Shown: positions 1 to 15,444 of the stretch, in pieces | Position numbering within the stretch: the first letter of the stretch is position 1 | How the letters are laid out: every line of letters starts with the position of its first letter | Source: Octopus vulgaris | Taxonomy: Eukaryota | Length of the DNA stretch: 64,000 nucleotides | Direction of reading: 5' to 3' | Assembly (NCBI GenBank): GCA_951406725.2 | Contig: OX597836.1 | Coordinates: forward strand, 23,436,001 to 23,500,000 | Made by a program: the position numbers and the translations under genes | Notes under the pieces: model-generated | Databases searched by the model: none | What the model saw: the letters and a program-made list of their open reading frames with translations, nothing else | What the model was told of the DNA's origin: nothing

Positions 1-112
1 TTACAGGTGTTAATTACATTTAGACACTTTGAAAACATACCAGACATGTTTATGACATGAAGGAGGGAAAGCTCGAGATAAAACAAACAGTGCATAATAT
101 ATTAGAATTGAT

Positions 113-320
113 AAGGCGGAGAGCTGGCAGAATGGTTAGCACGCCGGGCAAAATGCTCAGCAGTATTTCATCCGTCTTTGTGTTCTGAGTTCAAATTCCG
201 TCGAGGTCGACTTTGACTTTCATCCTTTCGGGGGTTGAAAAATTATACCAGTTAAAATCTGGAGTCGATGTAACCGACTTACCACCCTCCCACTCTAAAT
301 TACTGGCCTTGTGCCAATAT
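113..320 (+). mobile_element. tRNA-derived SINE, family A
   Basis: Head GGCGGAGAGCTGGCAGAATGGTTAGCA (A box) and GAGTTCAAATTCC (B box), body CTTTCATCCTTTCGGGG; more than 15 copies in the window. Confidence 0.8.
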
Positions 321-617
321 ATTAGAACTGGTATTTATACATAGTATAGACGTACAACTTTATATATATATATATATATACAAGTGGATGTATACACGTG
401 CGCGCGCGCATACACTCACATGCAGACCGAGAGGGAAAGATGAGTGGGAGAGCGTGACTGATAGAATTACTCGAATGTTGATGATGAGTATTTTCCTATT
501 CACTTGTTTATTATTTTATTTGAAGAGAACTATAACAACACAACTGCTTACTTTAGAAGAGAATACTGAGATGTCTTGCTGAAAAGTTAAGCGTCGGGTC
601 TAATGTTTTAGGATACC

Positions 618-1035
618 GGATCTTTTCGGTTTGAATGGCAGTTTTTTAAAAATAATTTCCACGTAACTAAACACTTTTAAACTTCGTATACTGGTAGAAT
701 GTGTTTATAAAACATCTTTTTCTCTTGGCTTTATTGAGAAAATTCTATAGTTTGTAAGATATTTGTTGTTTTTTTTCTTCAATTTCTGCAATTTCAACCA
801 ATCAATGACCGTCTATTGAGGTGAAAACATTCTGTGCCGTATGAATATGTACCTCGTTTAAGAAACAGAATGGATTTATTTACATTTCTGAAGAAAAAAA
901 AATACCCTTCCCCCCACCCCCAACCCTAACCCTAAAACAGATTGAAATGCAATAGATCGATACTAGGGTCATAATTATGGGTGACAATTTCATATGACAC
1001 CGCTAGAAAAACTGCCGTTCAAACCGAAAAGATCC
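618..1035. mobile_element. Non-autonomous hAT-type DNA transposon (MITE), copy 1
   Basis: TIRs GGATCTTTTCGGTTTGAAYGGCAGTTTTT; 8-bp TSD aggatacc/agaatacc; inverted copy at 14268-14684. Confidence 0.85.
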
Positions 1036-1112
1036 AGAATACCTTATATATTTTAAACCCCACCTGTAGTGAAGTTGTTCATTATGACAACTGTATTAAT
1101 CTTTTAATCTTT

Positions 1113-2468
<1,356 letters not shown>

Positions 2469-2991
2469 CATGATAGCAATATGTTGAAATTATTTAATTT
2501 GACATTATAACCTCGTCTGCAAAAATCGTATTACAGGGTGGGTGTAGAAACGGAGAAATTGCTATATTTACTTCATATTTTCATCAGTTTTGGAACGAGA
2601 ACAGATTTCTGTCAGATTCCTGTATAAGGTTACCAAATGTTATATTCAATTGATAAAATAATGCGCCAAAAAGAACCATTTACTCTTTTACATGTTACAA
2701 CTGAAACTTCTTTGTTAAATATTGTGTGAGTCCGTCTTAAGTTTCCAGTTTATTAGAAACGATGTTAACTCCAGTCTGCGTGGTTCAATGTATAACTCAA
2801 AGAAATGACCAGCATTTTGCTGTTAGATAGGCACACTCTCATTGTACCTGTCTGCCTGCCACTTTCTTGCCGATAATGGCGCGAAATTATGATGATTTCT
2901 GGCCGATAAGCGATGAGGGATGAGCATGTTCACGTCTCGCGTGTGATTTTCTGTGTTCCTGTGTCATCCTTCTGTGCAATGTCTTTTTTAC

Positions 2992-3010
2992 CACACACAC
3001 ACACACACAC

Positions 3011-3096
<86 letters not shown>

Positions 3097-3100
3097 ACAC
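2992..3100. repeat. (CA)n microsatellite
   Basis: Seen directly. Confidence 0.95.
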
Positions 3101-3439
3101 TTAATTGTCAATATTAAATTGCGTGACATCAGTTCAGCTCCGAAGTGCATCAAACATCGTCATACAGACAGAATTATCACTGCATGTTGTTCTGCGTCAT
3201 TTCATAGTGGAAAGTGTGGTGGGTGCGCTGCATATAACAATGTTTAAATGTGGCGACTGCGCTTATTTTAGAGCCATTTTATTTTACACGAGTGTATATA
3301 TAAAAAAAAAATAGTGGCAACGAATACTTTTATTCTTTTATTCGTTTGAACCCTACGGCTGCAATCATACTGGTGCACCACCATATTTGTGTGTACGTAT
3401 GCATGTATGCATGTGTATATCTATATGGATGTATATATG

Positions 3440-3656
3440 TTTCTTTATTACCCACAAGGGGCTAAACATAAAGGGGACAAACAAGGACAGACAAACAAAC
3501 TAAGTCGATTACATCGACCCCAGTGCGTAACTGGCACTTAATTTATCGATCCCGAAAGGATGAAAGGCAAAGTCGACTTCGGCGGGATTTGAACTCAGAA
3601 CGTAACGGCTACGCATTTCGCCCAGCGTGCTAACGGTTCTGCCAGCTCGCCGCCTT
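3440..3656 (-). mobile_element. SINE family A
   Basis: Reverse complement of the family A consensus. Confidence 0.85.
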
Positions 3657-4019
3657 AATAATAATAATGGTTTCAATTTTTGTCACAAGGGCAGCAATGG
3701 ATGTATATAAATGTACGTGTGTGTATGTTTTTGTACGTATATTATGTACGCAAATATTTTCTTTTTTGCGTACACAATATACGTACACAGTTTTTTTTAC
3801 ATATCATCTCATATTGATAAATCCTTGTTTATAATTTACTTTATTAATGTCAAGCTCCTTCCCTGGGCTTTTAATTATGCCACAAGTTCGGTCCTGCCAG
3901 ACATATAGCAGACTCTATTCACTCGCTTGTATCACTCAACTACAGACTTGTAGTCTTCTGAGAAATTAGTCGTATTGTGTCTGTGTATGTGAGAGAGAGA
4001 CTGAATTTATGCGTTTTTA

Positions 4020-4020
<1 letters not shown>

Positions 4021-4050
<30 letters not shown>

Positions 4051-4090
4051 TGTATGTATGTATGTATGTATGTATGTATGTATGTATGTA

Positions 4091-4145
<55 letters not shown>

Positions 4146-4154
4146 ATGTATGTA

Positions 4155-4223
<69 letters not shown>

Positions 4224-4236
4224 ATGTATGTATGTA

Positions 4237-4300
<64 letters not shown>

Positions 4301-4457
4301 CATACGTACGTACTCACATGCGAAAGAGTTGTAGGGTGGTCTCAACTGAAGAATTAATGTCACATAACTCGATTTCACTTTCCTGCAGAGATTCTTGGAG
4401 GAGGATGTATGTATGTATGTATGTATGTATGTATATATGTATATATATGTATATATG

Positions 4458-4488
<31 letters not shown>

Positions 4489-4614
4489 GCATATATGTAT
4501 ATATATATGTATATATATATGTGTATATATATATATGTGTATATATGTATATGTGTATATATATATATGTATATGTGTATATATATATGTGTATATATAT
4601 ATATGTATATGTAT

Positions 4615-4655
<41 letters not shown>
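4021..4655. repeat. Compound (TATG)n/(TG)n/(TA)n microsatellite
   Basis: Seen directly; source of several spurious ORFs. Confidence 0.95.
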
Positions 4656-5216
4656 AGAATGTTTCTTTCAGCTATAGATCGTGCAAAGCAAATAATAATG
4701 GAATACCGATGTAGAGATAAATTCTCGGTGAAGCATTTTCACACCCAGTTTTAATAATCGCGGAGTAATCTCACTTTACTTGTGTCACTTGTCATCGGGT
4801 TAGCCATGAACATTACTTCATCCATTCCCTCTTACCGCCACTACACCACGATGAGGCTTTTAGACTTTGTAAAAAAATTACACACGAATTATAGTAATTA
4901 TAGTTGTGTGACTGTACAGAATAAGCTTACAATATCTGAGTAAATTGAGCAGCAAAGTTAAGTATGTTTTTCATGGGGATTGAATAGTACAGTTTGGCGC
5001 ACTGGAATCTTGTTGAATTGAATCGACCAGAGAAAACTTTCGCTTTAAATGAAATTTGCATCCAGCTTTTACTATGTTAAGACTCTATGGAAAATGACGC
5101 TGTATTCATGTCTCTTGTGTTTCATTTGAGAGTCGAATTTAATGATATCTCTAAAAGGAGATTTTAAAATATCAGTAGCAGCAGCAGCAACAACAACAAC
5201 AATAATAATGATATTA

Positions 5217-5610
5217 GTTTCAAATTTTTCCACAAGGGCAGCCATTTTGAGGAGGAGCTAAGTCGATTACATCGACACCAGTACGCAACTGGTAGTTAAT
5301 TTATCGACCCCGAAAGGATGAAAGGCAAAGTCAACCTCGGCAGAATTTGAACTCAGAACGTAGCGGCAGACGAAATACTTATTTCTTTACTATCCACAAG
5401 GAGCTAAACACAGAGGGGACAAACAAGGACAGACAAACGGATTAAGTCGATTACATCGACCCCAGTGCGTAACTGGTACTTAATTTATCGACCCCGAAAG
5501 GATGAAAGGCAAAGTCAACCTCGGCAGAATTTGAACTCAGAACGTAGCGGCAGACGAAATACCGTTAAGCATTTCGCCCGGCGCGCTAACGTTTCTGCCA
5601 GCTCGTCGCC

Positions 5611-5612
<2 letters not shown>
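5217..5612 (-). mobile_element. SINE family A, tandem/composite copy
   Basis: SINE body occurs twice, with two different tails. Confidence 0.85.
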
Positions 5613-5656
<44 letters not shown>

Positions 5657-5674
5657 TAATAATAATGATGACGA

Positions 5675-5722
<48 letters not shown>

Positions 5723-6450
5723 CCCTTATTTTATCACCACTTGTTTTCTTCTTTGGTAAGGAATTTTTCTATGCTAATCAGATGAATTGTCGACAGTAGC
5801 TTATTTCAACCTAATTCACACGATGTGTTCCTTTACATCAACACAAACCACTTGTTAAGCGCAATCCTAGATGTTATTGGTCCTCAGATAAACGACAGAG
5901 AAAAGAAAAAAAAAATGTTTTTCAGCATTTTTAGCAATCGTCGTTTCCTCTCGCTTCCCCATATCCTCTCCATCTCCATCTCTCTCTCTCTCTCTCTCTC
6001 TCCATCTCCATCTCTCTCTCTCTCTCCATCTCCATCTCTCTCTCTGTCTCTCTTACACACTCTGTCACACATGCCGACACAGAAGCACGTTCTCACACTG
6101 ACATAACTCTCACGTGTGTGCTTGTGTGCGAGCTCTGTACTAAACGAGGTAAACACCCAGTGAAGCGAGACTAAGATCCACTTTCAAATCCTAATTGTAG
6201 CTTTTGCAAATTAGTTACCGACTTGGGTTTATAGCTTTGGGAAACAACCAGGAAACACATGAACAGCATGTCGCCTATTTTCTTCTAAATACAGTAAACA
6301 GGGGGGGGGGGGAGGAATTGCTCATTCTGAATGATATCTACTCATGATATGTCAAAGAAATTCAGTTTTGGCATTTTGTCCAATGTGCCTTTGACATACA
6401 CACATACATGCATCCATAATGGTGGCGGGAGTTCACTTTGGTGAACGAGG

Positions 6451-6504
<54 letters not shown>

Positions 6505-6607
6505 CTATGTGTGTATAATATGTAAATACATATAAATATATATATGTAAATACATACATACATACATGTGTATATATATTAAGTACACTTTGTTCTCTTA
6601 TATATAT

Positions 6608-6833
6608 ATTTCTTTACTGCCTACAAGGGGCTAAACACAGAGAGAACAAACAAGGACAGACAAAGGGATTAAGTCAATTACATCGACCCCAGTGCGAAAC
6701 TGGTACTTTATTTATCGACCCCGAAAGGATGAAAGGCAAAGTCAACCTCGACGGAATTTGAACTCAGAACGTAACGACAGACGAAATACGGCTACGCATT
6801 TCGCCCGGCGTGCTAACCATTCTGCCAGCTCGC
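6608..6833 (-). mobile_element. SINE family A
   Basis: Matches the other copies. Confidence 0.85.
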
Positions 6834-7649
6834 AAACACACACACATATATATGCACATATATAAAATAGGCGTAGCCATGGTTGTGTTCTAAGAAGCTG
6901 GCTGCCCAATCACATGGCTTCGGGTTCAGCCCTACTGCGTAGTATCAGGGCAAGAGTCATCTAATATAGCCCCAATCCGGCCAAAGCCTTGTGAGTGAAT
7001 TTGGTAGACGGAAATTGAAAGAAGCCTATCGTGTGTGTGTGTGTGTGTGTGTGTGCTGATTGCTGATTGCTGAAATTTAGAACAAAATGTGGTGAACCGA
7101 TGGGGAAAAGACATAAAATACGGTTTAGCCGGGAGGAAACCGAGATGAAATTGAATATGAAAAGAGTTGTCAGGGTATATGCAATACTTTACAGAAGTCA
7201 GTAAGATATTGCGCACCGATTTCCAACATAATATGCGCATTAAGAATGTCAACTAAACTCTGCCATATCTTAATATCTTATTCATCTAAATCTATGCTCC
7301 AATTACCGATTCTAATGGTAAAATGTTGAGTAATTATACTGAATAATAATAATAATAATAATGATAATAATAATAATAATGGAGCTGAGAAGTATATTAA
7401 GCCACTCCTTGGTAACTCCAATCTCTGTGAATTACAAACGATAACCTTGATGGGTGCAGTCCATGTACTACGGAAAGCACTCTCCATCTAAAATGGAATA
7501 AATGTGGTGGTAATTTTAGCATGCATAGCAAAACAAAAGTGTCCTTGCTACTCTTGGCCTCTGGAGGATGCCCGGAACTAAGGCAGCTGAAATAAAGTTA
7601 TAATAAAAAGAAACCATTAATAATAATAATGATAAAAAGAAGAAGAAAC

Positions 7650-7685
<36 letters not shown>

Positions 7686-7686
<1 letters not shown>

Positions 7687-8035
7687 TTCAAATTTTTCCC
7701 ACAAGGATGAGCCGATTACGTCGACCCCAGTGTTCAACAGGTACATATTTTATCGACTCTGAAATTTGTACTCAGAACGTAAGGACGGGCGAAATACCTA
7801 TTTCTATTTCTTTATTACCCACAAGGGGCTAAACACAGAGGGGACAAACAAGGACAGACATAGGTATTAAGTCGATTACATCGACCCCAGTGCGTAACTG
7901 GTACTTAATTTATCGACCCCGAAAGGATGAAAGGCAAAGTCGACCTCGGCGGAATTTGAACTCACAACGTAACGCAGACGAAATACCGCTAAGCATTTCG
8001 CCCGGCGTGCTAACGTTTCTGCCAACTCACCGTCT
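7686..8035 (-). mobile_element. SINE family A, composite copy
   Basis: Same junction (cgaaatac|tatttc) as the 5217-5612 copy. Confidence 0.8.
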
Positions 8036-8067
<32 letters not shown>

Positions 8068-8448
8068 ATAATAATAATAATAATAATAATAAGGACATAA
8101 TTCAAGGTGTCATAGAGGCCCGAATTACTAAAATGTATGATGGCCGTGATACAAGGAAAGAAATTGTTGACAATCATGGTTTGGAAAACAAACAACAGGG
8201 GAATAAAATTATTGGAATTGATAAAACAGAAAGAAACTAATAGCAAACACTTTGCTTTATTAACTTAAGCCCTCCCCCACAAAAAAAAGACCCGACAGTT
8301 TTTAACTTTGCGCAGTATGGAGCGAAAGATATGAGAAAATATGACATCAGTCTTCAATTTAGTAAATGCTAAAACATTCTTGGTTGAACATGCAAAACAT
8401 CGGTTTAAAACAACAGTTGGGCGTTAGATAATGATGTATTGTTTCATC

Positions 8449-8834
8449 TTAGTGGAGGCGCAATGGCCCAGTGGTTAGGGCAGCGGACTCGCGGTCATAG
8501 GATCGCGGTTTCGATTCCCAGACCGGGCGTTGTGAGTGTTTATTGAGCGAAAACACCTAAAGCTCCACGAGCCTCTGGCAGGGATGGTGGTGATCCCTGC
8601 TGTACTCTTTCACCACAACTTTCTCTCACTCTTACTTCCTGTTTCTGTTGTACCTGTATTTCAAGGGGCCGGCCTTGTCACTCTCTGTGTCACGCTGAAT
8701 ATCCCCGAGAACTACGTTAAAGGTACACGTGTCTGTGGAGTGCTCAGCCACTTACACATTAATTTCACGAGCAGGCTGTTCCGTTGATTCGGATCAACCG
8801 GAACCCTCATCGTCGTAACCGACGGAGTGCTTCC
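8449..8834 (+). mobile_element. tRNA-derived SINE family C, full length with TSD
   Basis: A box TGGCCCAGTGGTTAGG, B box GGTTTCGATTCCC; 11-bp direct repeat attgtttcatc at 8438-8448 and 8835-8845. Confidence 0.8.
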
Positions 8835-9189
8835 ATTGTTTCATCCACCAATTTCAATAAATTGTAGAAAGAAATATAGAATCAGTCGCACCGCTCTGAC
8901 AATGATAATGATTTAACAGAATAAAATGCAGAAAAACTATCAATGAATTCAGTAAACACCTGCAAGAAGCCAGAGAATAGAGGGCTTTGAATCATTCTTC
9001 ATACAAACCATTTTATGAACCTCGCAGAAAACTAAATTATATCAATAAGCACCCCTTCCATCATTGATAGTCTTTTAAAATCATAATTACTAATATAATT
9101 AAAACAGATTCACTTGGTCTTCCTATAAAGAGATCTGGGCTTGTTATAACTATCTCAGTTAAGGACAGCATCAAGGAAAACGTTCATAT

Positions 9190-9422
9190 ATATTTCTTTA
9201 CTACCCACAAGGGGCTAAACACAGAGGGGACAAACAAGGACAGACAAAGGGATTTAGTCGATTACATCGACCCCAGTGCGTAACTGGTACTTAATTTATC
9301 GACCCCGAAAGGATGAAAGGCAAAGTCGACCTCGGCGGAATTTGAACTCAGACTGTAACGACAGACGAAATACGGCTACGCATTTCTCCCGGCGTGCTAA
9401 CGTTTCTGCCAGCTCGCCGCCT
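9190..9422 (-). mobile_element. SINE family A
   Basis: Near-consensus copy flanked by gttcatata repeats. Confidence 0.85.
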
Positions 9423-10593
9423 TTGTTCATATAGCCTTGGAAAACGTTCATATAGCCTTGACCCAGTTTTCACAGTCCAGGAACACATCTCAAAAAAATC
9501 AATTGGTTTGCGCTCCATTTCCTTTCTTTTTTTTCTTTAATTTTATCGATTACTTCTAGCCAAAGGTTTTGTTACTATTTTTCCATATGCAAAAACCCTT
9601 TGATGACTGATCAAGCGGGTTCACGTTCAACTGTTTCACCAACGAAGTGCAATAAAGTCGAAACATGTCCATAGTTGTCTCATCCCCCACCACGAGATTT
9701 AGATGGATGTTGTTTCGTGGTTTTTAATAAAAAAACAAAAAACAAAACCAGAATTACGTTTCTCTATACCTGTGTTTGCTGGTTATATATTCTGAGTTAG
9801 GACTATTAAATGCGTTACAAACAGGAAATATGATTATAAGGTAGATAGTAAGTAACCTCACTTAAATATAGTGTTGCTTTTGCCTTTGTAATCCGTATTA
9901 TCTGACAGCGGTAGGTGTTTATAGATTCATAAAGTAACATTTAACGGCTCATTTTATATCTTATGTGAAAGAGGGGGTGTTTAAAATGTAGGTTTTAACT
10001 TGTGGTTAAAATGATTAGCGTATCAGTGGAAGAATTATAACTTATAAGTATGTTTATAGAAAGATTATTATTTTCCGCCGTCAGCAGATGTTATTAGGTA
10101 CAAATATACAGGGTAAAGTTTACATATTCAGACAATTTTGAAAAATTTTAGAATAAATAAATTGGAAATATTAAACTTATAAGATAGTAAGCAAAGAGGA
10201 GAACAAGTGATACAGTAATTGCTAAAGTAGATCTGTTAAACTTCAAATTTTCACATTGTAAACTTCATGGAATGTAACTCACTTCAGTTTTGTATACATC
10301 TTCTTCTGAATGTATACAGTTCTGTATACATCTACCAGTTGAAAGAATCGGATTTCTTCTTGAAAAATAATCGCACGCAAGAATTTAAGTTAAGATTTAT
10401 TGTGTAAAAGCTCCGGCGAAGATCTACACTAAATTTGGGAAAGGATTCACTGGGGGTAAATTCGAAAGGATTCTGAAGCAGACGAGTAAGGAAGAAGTCG
10501 TATCTCAGTAATATATAGATGTAAAAAGGATGGCTTATACATTCGAAGGTTCATTCTTAAGGACCCTAGAAGAAATGGGTTAAAATTTATTTA

Positions 10594-10984
10594 TTTACTC
10601 TTTTACTTGTTTCAGTCATTTGACTGCGGCCATGCTGGAGCACCGCCTTTAGTCGAGCAAATCGACCCCGGGACTTATTCTTTGTAAGCCCAGTACTTAT
10701 TCTATCGGTCTCTTTTGCCGAACCGCTAAGTGACGGGGACGTAAACACACCAGCATTGGTTGTCAAGCAATGCTAGGGGGACAAACACAAACATATACAC
10801 ACACACACATATATATACATATATACGACAGGCTTCTTTCAGTTTCCGTCTACCAAATCCACTCACAAGGCATTGGTCGGCCCGGGGCTATAGCAGAAGA
10901 CACTTGCCCAAGATGCCACGCAGTGGGACTGAACCCGGAACCATGTGGTTGATTAGCAAGCTACTTACCACACAGCCACTCCTG
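10594..10984 (-). mobile_element. SINE family B (tRNA head, CORE-like TTGGGCAAGT, internal microsatellite)
   Basis: Near-identical to 13622-14018, 30531-30953 and 35193-35614. Confidence 0.85.
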
Positions 10985-11377
10985 ACTAGGTTTTGTTTAG
11001 GATTTATAAGTATTATAAGCGACAGTCATTTAAATGATGCGAATAAACTAATTGACCAAATACACGTGTTTATATACATGTTTACTTGTATTTAGGCGTG
11101 TGTTTGCGCTTGTTTAGGTATACATATCTATACACGTAGTCATATACATATAATTACACATATATCTGCTCACATACACGTATGCATATATTTCCACACA
11201 TACACACACACACTCACACGTTAGGGACTTGGGGGGAAATGAAGATAAAACTAAATTTTAAGGGAAATTTCGGTGTGTTTGTTAGGGGTTTCCTAGTTGA
11301 TCTTAAAACTATTGAAAAATTACAAGGTATGTGTTAGGAATGGCGGGAATGTGAAAAAAAAAAAAAATAATAAAGCT

Positions 11378-11612
11378 CCTTCCGAGTCATATAAACTCAT
11401 ATGGCCCTTTTCCTGGTTTCTATGGTGCCTAAATTCCCCACTGAACGAGACGCAGGTCTGTCCCAGGATTACTCATTTTTACCAGCAGAGTGGACTTCGG
11501 CAACGTGAAATGAAGTGACTTGGTCAAGAACACGACGCATTGTCCGGTCCAGGAACCGAAACCACAATCTTACGATCATCAGTCCAACACCTTAGCCACG
11601 ACGCCATGCGCC
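11378..11612 (-). mobile_element. Diverged tRNA-derived SINE family D
   Basis: Minus-strand head GGCGCATGGCGTCGTGGCTAAGG...GGTTTCGGTTCC; related copies at ~20050-20230 and ~43310-43595. Confidence 0.6.
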
Positions 11613-12433
11613 AAGCGATGGGGGTGTCTTTGTGTTCAAAAAGCTAAGGTATTACTTAAAAATTGCATTGCATGTAAGCATGAGGAAATGCGTTCAGGGC
11701 ACTCATTATTAATGCTTTGGGACAGAATTTACCTCTGTTAATCGATTTAGAGTTAGTAGAATTGAATGTAAAAAGCTGATCTAGTCGGAATAGGGGAGGA
11801 ACAATGCCGGAAAATCTGCATGGATCAGGGTAGCTATAGTATGCTAATAAAGAGTAATTCCTAGTTTCCCTAATTGGATCTTAATTAGAAAGCTACATGG
11901 AGAAGCCAACCCCAAATGGATTGAAATAGCAGTATATTGGTTTGGAGTTATCAGCTGTGTAATTGATAAATTAATTGTATCTTAACCTTTGTTTATTTCT
12001 GCTCTGGAAATTAAAGATCTGGAGATGTGCTTCATTTGAAGTTGTAGTCTTGCAAGTGTGGCTTCAAAGAAGTAGTAAAAAGTAGTTGTCACTCGCTTAC
12101 TAATTAGGGATTTGTGTACTACCTGTTGGGAAATAGCATCGGCTTAAAGTTACTGTGAGTTTTAGAGGTCATCTACTTGTAGAATACAACCGGGAATATT
12201 TGTGGTTTAAGCCATACAGTTGTTCTAATCCGTACTTTAATGTCGGTTAATCTGGTACCCACCCCTAGAAAATGCGACTATATGTGTTGTTCATTGGAAA
12301 ATAGGGTTAAGAGTAACGGGGGACCAAGTAAAAGCTAAAACCAGCTTTTAACTTCATGTTTTATTTTTATTCGATTTCTACCTCATTGACCTTCGATTCA
12401 TGTTTTTCCTTTACGCACGCACGCACACAGACA

Positions 12434-12497
<64 letters not shown>

Positions 12498-13221
12498 GTA
12501 GTAGGTGCGGGTAGGTGCGTTTTGTGTTAGCGATATATAGTAGGTCAACGTGGGGCGGTGCACTCTATTTTTTTTTTGTTACTTCGGTAATTTGTCTTTC
12601 ATGGAGCAAGACCCCATGTTGCAGCAGTTATATGTTGGTTCCTGTTGCTGTTGGTGATACTGCAAAAATACCTGCATCATGTGTTTTTTTAATGATACTG
12701 GACAGATTCCACAAACACAATGCATACTCCTCCTGCCCAAAAAGCCGTCCTCTGCGCAGACTTTTAGGCTCCTGCACAGAGCTGTTGGGACTTTGGCGTA
12801 AAGGGTTTTGCATTTTGCCAGTCATAAGAGCTAAAGGTGTTACTGGGTAGTCCGGACCTGTGCAACAGGTCGGTGGACCAAAGAAGCATTGAAGCATTCT
12901 CGGGGGCGACCCTAGTTTCAAATATCTGCTGTTTGTTGAGGGCAGATCACGAGGGAGTGAATCTATAAACCAGGAAGCTATGTAGACACACGCACAGTGT
13001 GAGTGCGTGCGTGTGTGTGTGTGTGTGTGTGTATGTGTGTGCGCGCGCGTGTGTGTGTGTGTGTGTGTGTGAATATATGTGTTCGGGCAAGTTAGAGAGG
13101 GAGGAGAGAGGAGATAATAAACGAGTTAAAAGAGAAAGATGAAGAATAGATCAGTCAAAGTTCAAGAAAGAAGGAAAGAGACGAGAGAGGGTTTATAGAC
13201 AGTGTGTGTGTGTGTGTGTGT

Positions 13222-13260
<39 letters not shown>

Positions 13261-13621
13261 AGCGTGTTTGTGTGTAAAGAGGAGACGTGGGAAATTGAAA
13301 AAAAGAGAGATGCAAGATGCTGAGAGATGTCAAAGTGAAAGAGGAAGAAGTTACAAAGTAGAGAGAGAGAGCGGACAGATGAGAGATTGGTAGAGAAAGA
13401 GAAGCGAGGCGAAAGTTATTGATTGTAAATGAGGTGAGAGAGTATAAAACAGAGAAACTACGTGCAAAAGATGTACGTGCAGAGATGGTAGTGAGGACGA
13501 TTGAGAGCCTGTCGTTCACAGCACGACACTTCTTATAAAAGATTCCTGCCAGTCAACAACGGCTACGTACAAGTTGTGTTATCTGGTAACATTATATAAG
13601 AGAATGCACTTTTAGTTATTG

Positions 13622-14018
13622 TTACTCTTTTACTCTTTTACTTGTTTCAGTCAGTTGACTGCGGCCATGCTGGAGCACCGCCTTTAGTCGAGCAACTCGA
13701 CTCCGGGACTTATTCTTTGTAAGCCCAGTACTTATTCTATCGGTCTCTTTTGCCGAACCGCTAAGTAACGGGGACATAAACACACCAGCATCGGTTGTCA
13801 AGCAATGCTAGGGGGACAAACACAGACACACACATACACATACATATATATACATATATACGACGGGCTTCTTTCAGTTTCCGTCTACCAAATCCACTCA
13901 CAAGGCATTGGTCAGCCCGAGGCTTTAGTAGAAGACACTTGCCCAAGGTGCCAAGCAGTGGGACTGAACCCGGAACCATGTGGTTGGTAAACAAGCTACT
14001 TACCACACAGCCACTCCT
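13622..14018 (-). mobile_element. SINE family B
   Basis: Matches the other family B copies. Confidence 0.85.
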
Positions 14019-14185
14019 GTTGTTGTTAGTTCTTTATTTGTTGATGTTGTTCATTTTCTTACGCTTGCTGCCTTTTTTTTTATTATTGACAAAAGCCGTC
14101 GTGATGATGATACAAGAATTTATCGGTTAGTCTTGGATGAAATTTTTGAAGCGTAAGGTAGTGGTAAGCATTGTAATAAATTTAG

Positions 14186-14972
14186 TTATTACACCCGCCT
14201 TAGCGAAGGCGGAGGTATTGTTTTCAGTCACGTTTGTTTGTTTGACTGTCTGTGGACAAGATATCTCGGATCTTTTCGGTTTGAACGGCAGTTTTTTCTA
14301 GCGGTGTCATATGAAATTGTCACCCATAATTATGACCCTACTATCGATCTATTGCATTTCAATCTGTTTTAGGGCTATGGTTAGGGGTGGGGGAAAGGTA
14401 TCTTTTTTTCTTCACAAATGTAAATAAACCCAATCTGTTTCTTAAACGAGGGGCATATTCATACGGCACAGAATGTTTTCACCTCAATAGACGTCATTGA
14501 TTAGTTGAAATTGCAGAAATTGAAGAAAAACCAACAACAAATATCTTACAAACTATAGAATTTTCTCAATAAAGCCAAGAGAAAAAGATGTTTTATAAAC
14601 ACATTCTACCAGTATACGAAGTTTAAAAGTGTTTAGTTACGTGGAAATTATTTTTAAAAACTGCCGTTCAAACCGAAAAGATCCGATATCTCAAGGACCG
14701 CTGTTTGGTCTCGTGACTGGTACGGACTGATTAGATTTTAGGATAGACCAGATACCAGACAAGAATTCTGGATTATTTTTCTTTTTTTTTTTTTTCTTGT
14801 TTTTTTTACTTAATTTTTGAGAGCGGTCGGGTTCATTTTTAGTATTCTCGTTTGTGAGAGTAGTCGGAGTTTATTTCAGATATTCTCATTTTAAAAACCA
14901 TCTCCGGTTAATCGTTGAGAGCACGTTGGTGTCGCCTTGGTGGAAGTTTGCGCTCTCTGGATGCTCTTGTTT
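14186..14972 (+). mobile_element. Helentron-associated non-autonomous element (HINE/DINE-like) hosting a MITE
   Basis: 5' TTATTACACCCGCCTTAGCGAAGGCGGAGG hairpin plus (GTTT)n/GTCT tract; 3' CCTTGGTGGAAGTTTGCGCTCTCTGGATGCTCTTGTT; inserted in TT context. Confidence 0.6.
14268..14684. mobile_element. hAT-type MITE, copy 2 (inverted relative to 618-1035)
   Basis: Same TIRs; perfect 8-bp TSD GATATCTC at 14260-14267 and 14685-14692. Confidence 0.9.
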
Positions 14973-15396
14973 TTTAATGTTATTAGTTGATCGTTAGGAA
15001 AGTTGTCTAACTATCTGTTCCGGCTCTTTATGTTCTGAGTTCAAATCCCACCGAAGTCAACTATCGCTGTTGATAAAATGAAGTTCTAGTTAAGTACTGG
15101 AAATTATTTACTCAGCGAAACCCTCCTTCTAAACTTTTGGCCTTGTGTCCTTTAGAAGCCTTTATTATTTAGCAGTCTTGTCCTTCATTACTCTTCATTA
15201 CTCTGCCAAACACAACTGTGTTTCTTGGGGATGTACAATGTTTCAGGTTCGATGGTTCTAAATCTGAGAGGGTGTCTTGAGCAAAACTATGAATTGCTCG
15301 TCTTCAAAAAACTGTTTTCTTGGTCAGTGGACATCTGCCTGTCTCGACAAAGAGTAGAAGATCCAGTAGCCATCTTATGTACTCTGAAAATCATTT

Positions 15397-15429
<33 letters not shown>

Positions 15430-15444
15430 GTAATAATAATAATA

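Noticed and set aside
921-936. Telomere-like AACCCT repeats
   Set aside because: Only 2-3 units, internal to the MITE.
8453-8530. tRNA-like sequence
   Set aside because: It is the head of a TSD-flanked SINE and does not form a complete cloverleaf with a terminator.
10760-11095. Repeated ORFs such as 'RQASFSFRLPNPLTRHW' and 'YLIYRPRKDERQSRPRR'
   Set aside because: Chance translations of SINE families B and A.
12515-12921. GC-richer stretch with 111-aa and 97-aa ORFs
   Set aside because: No recognisable domain or convincing splice sites; probably an old TE remnant.
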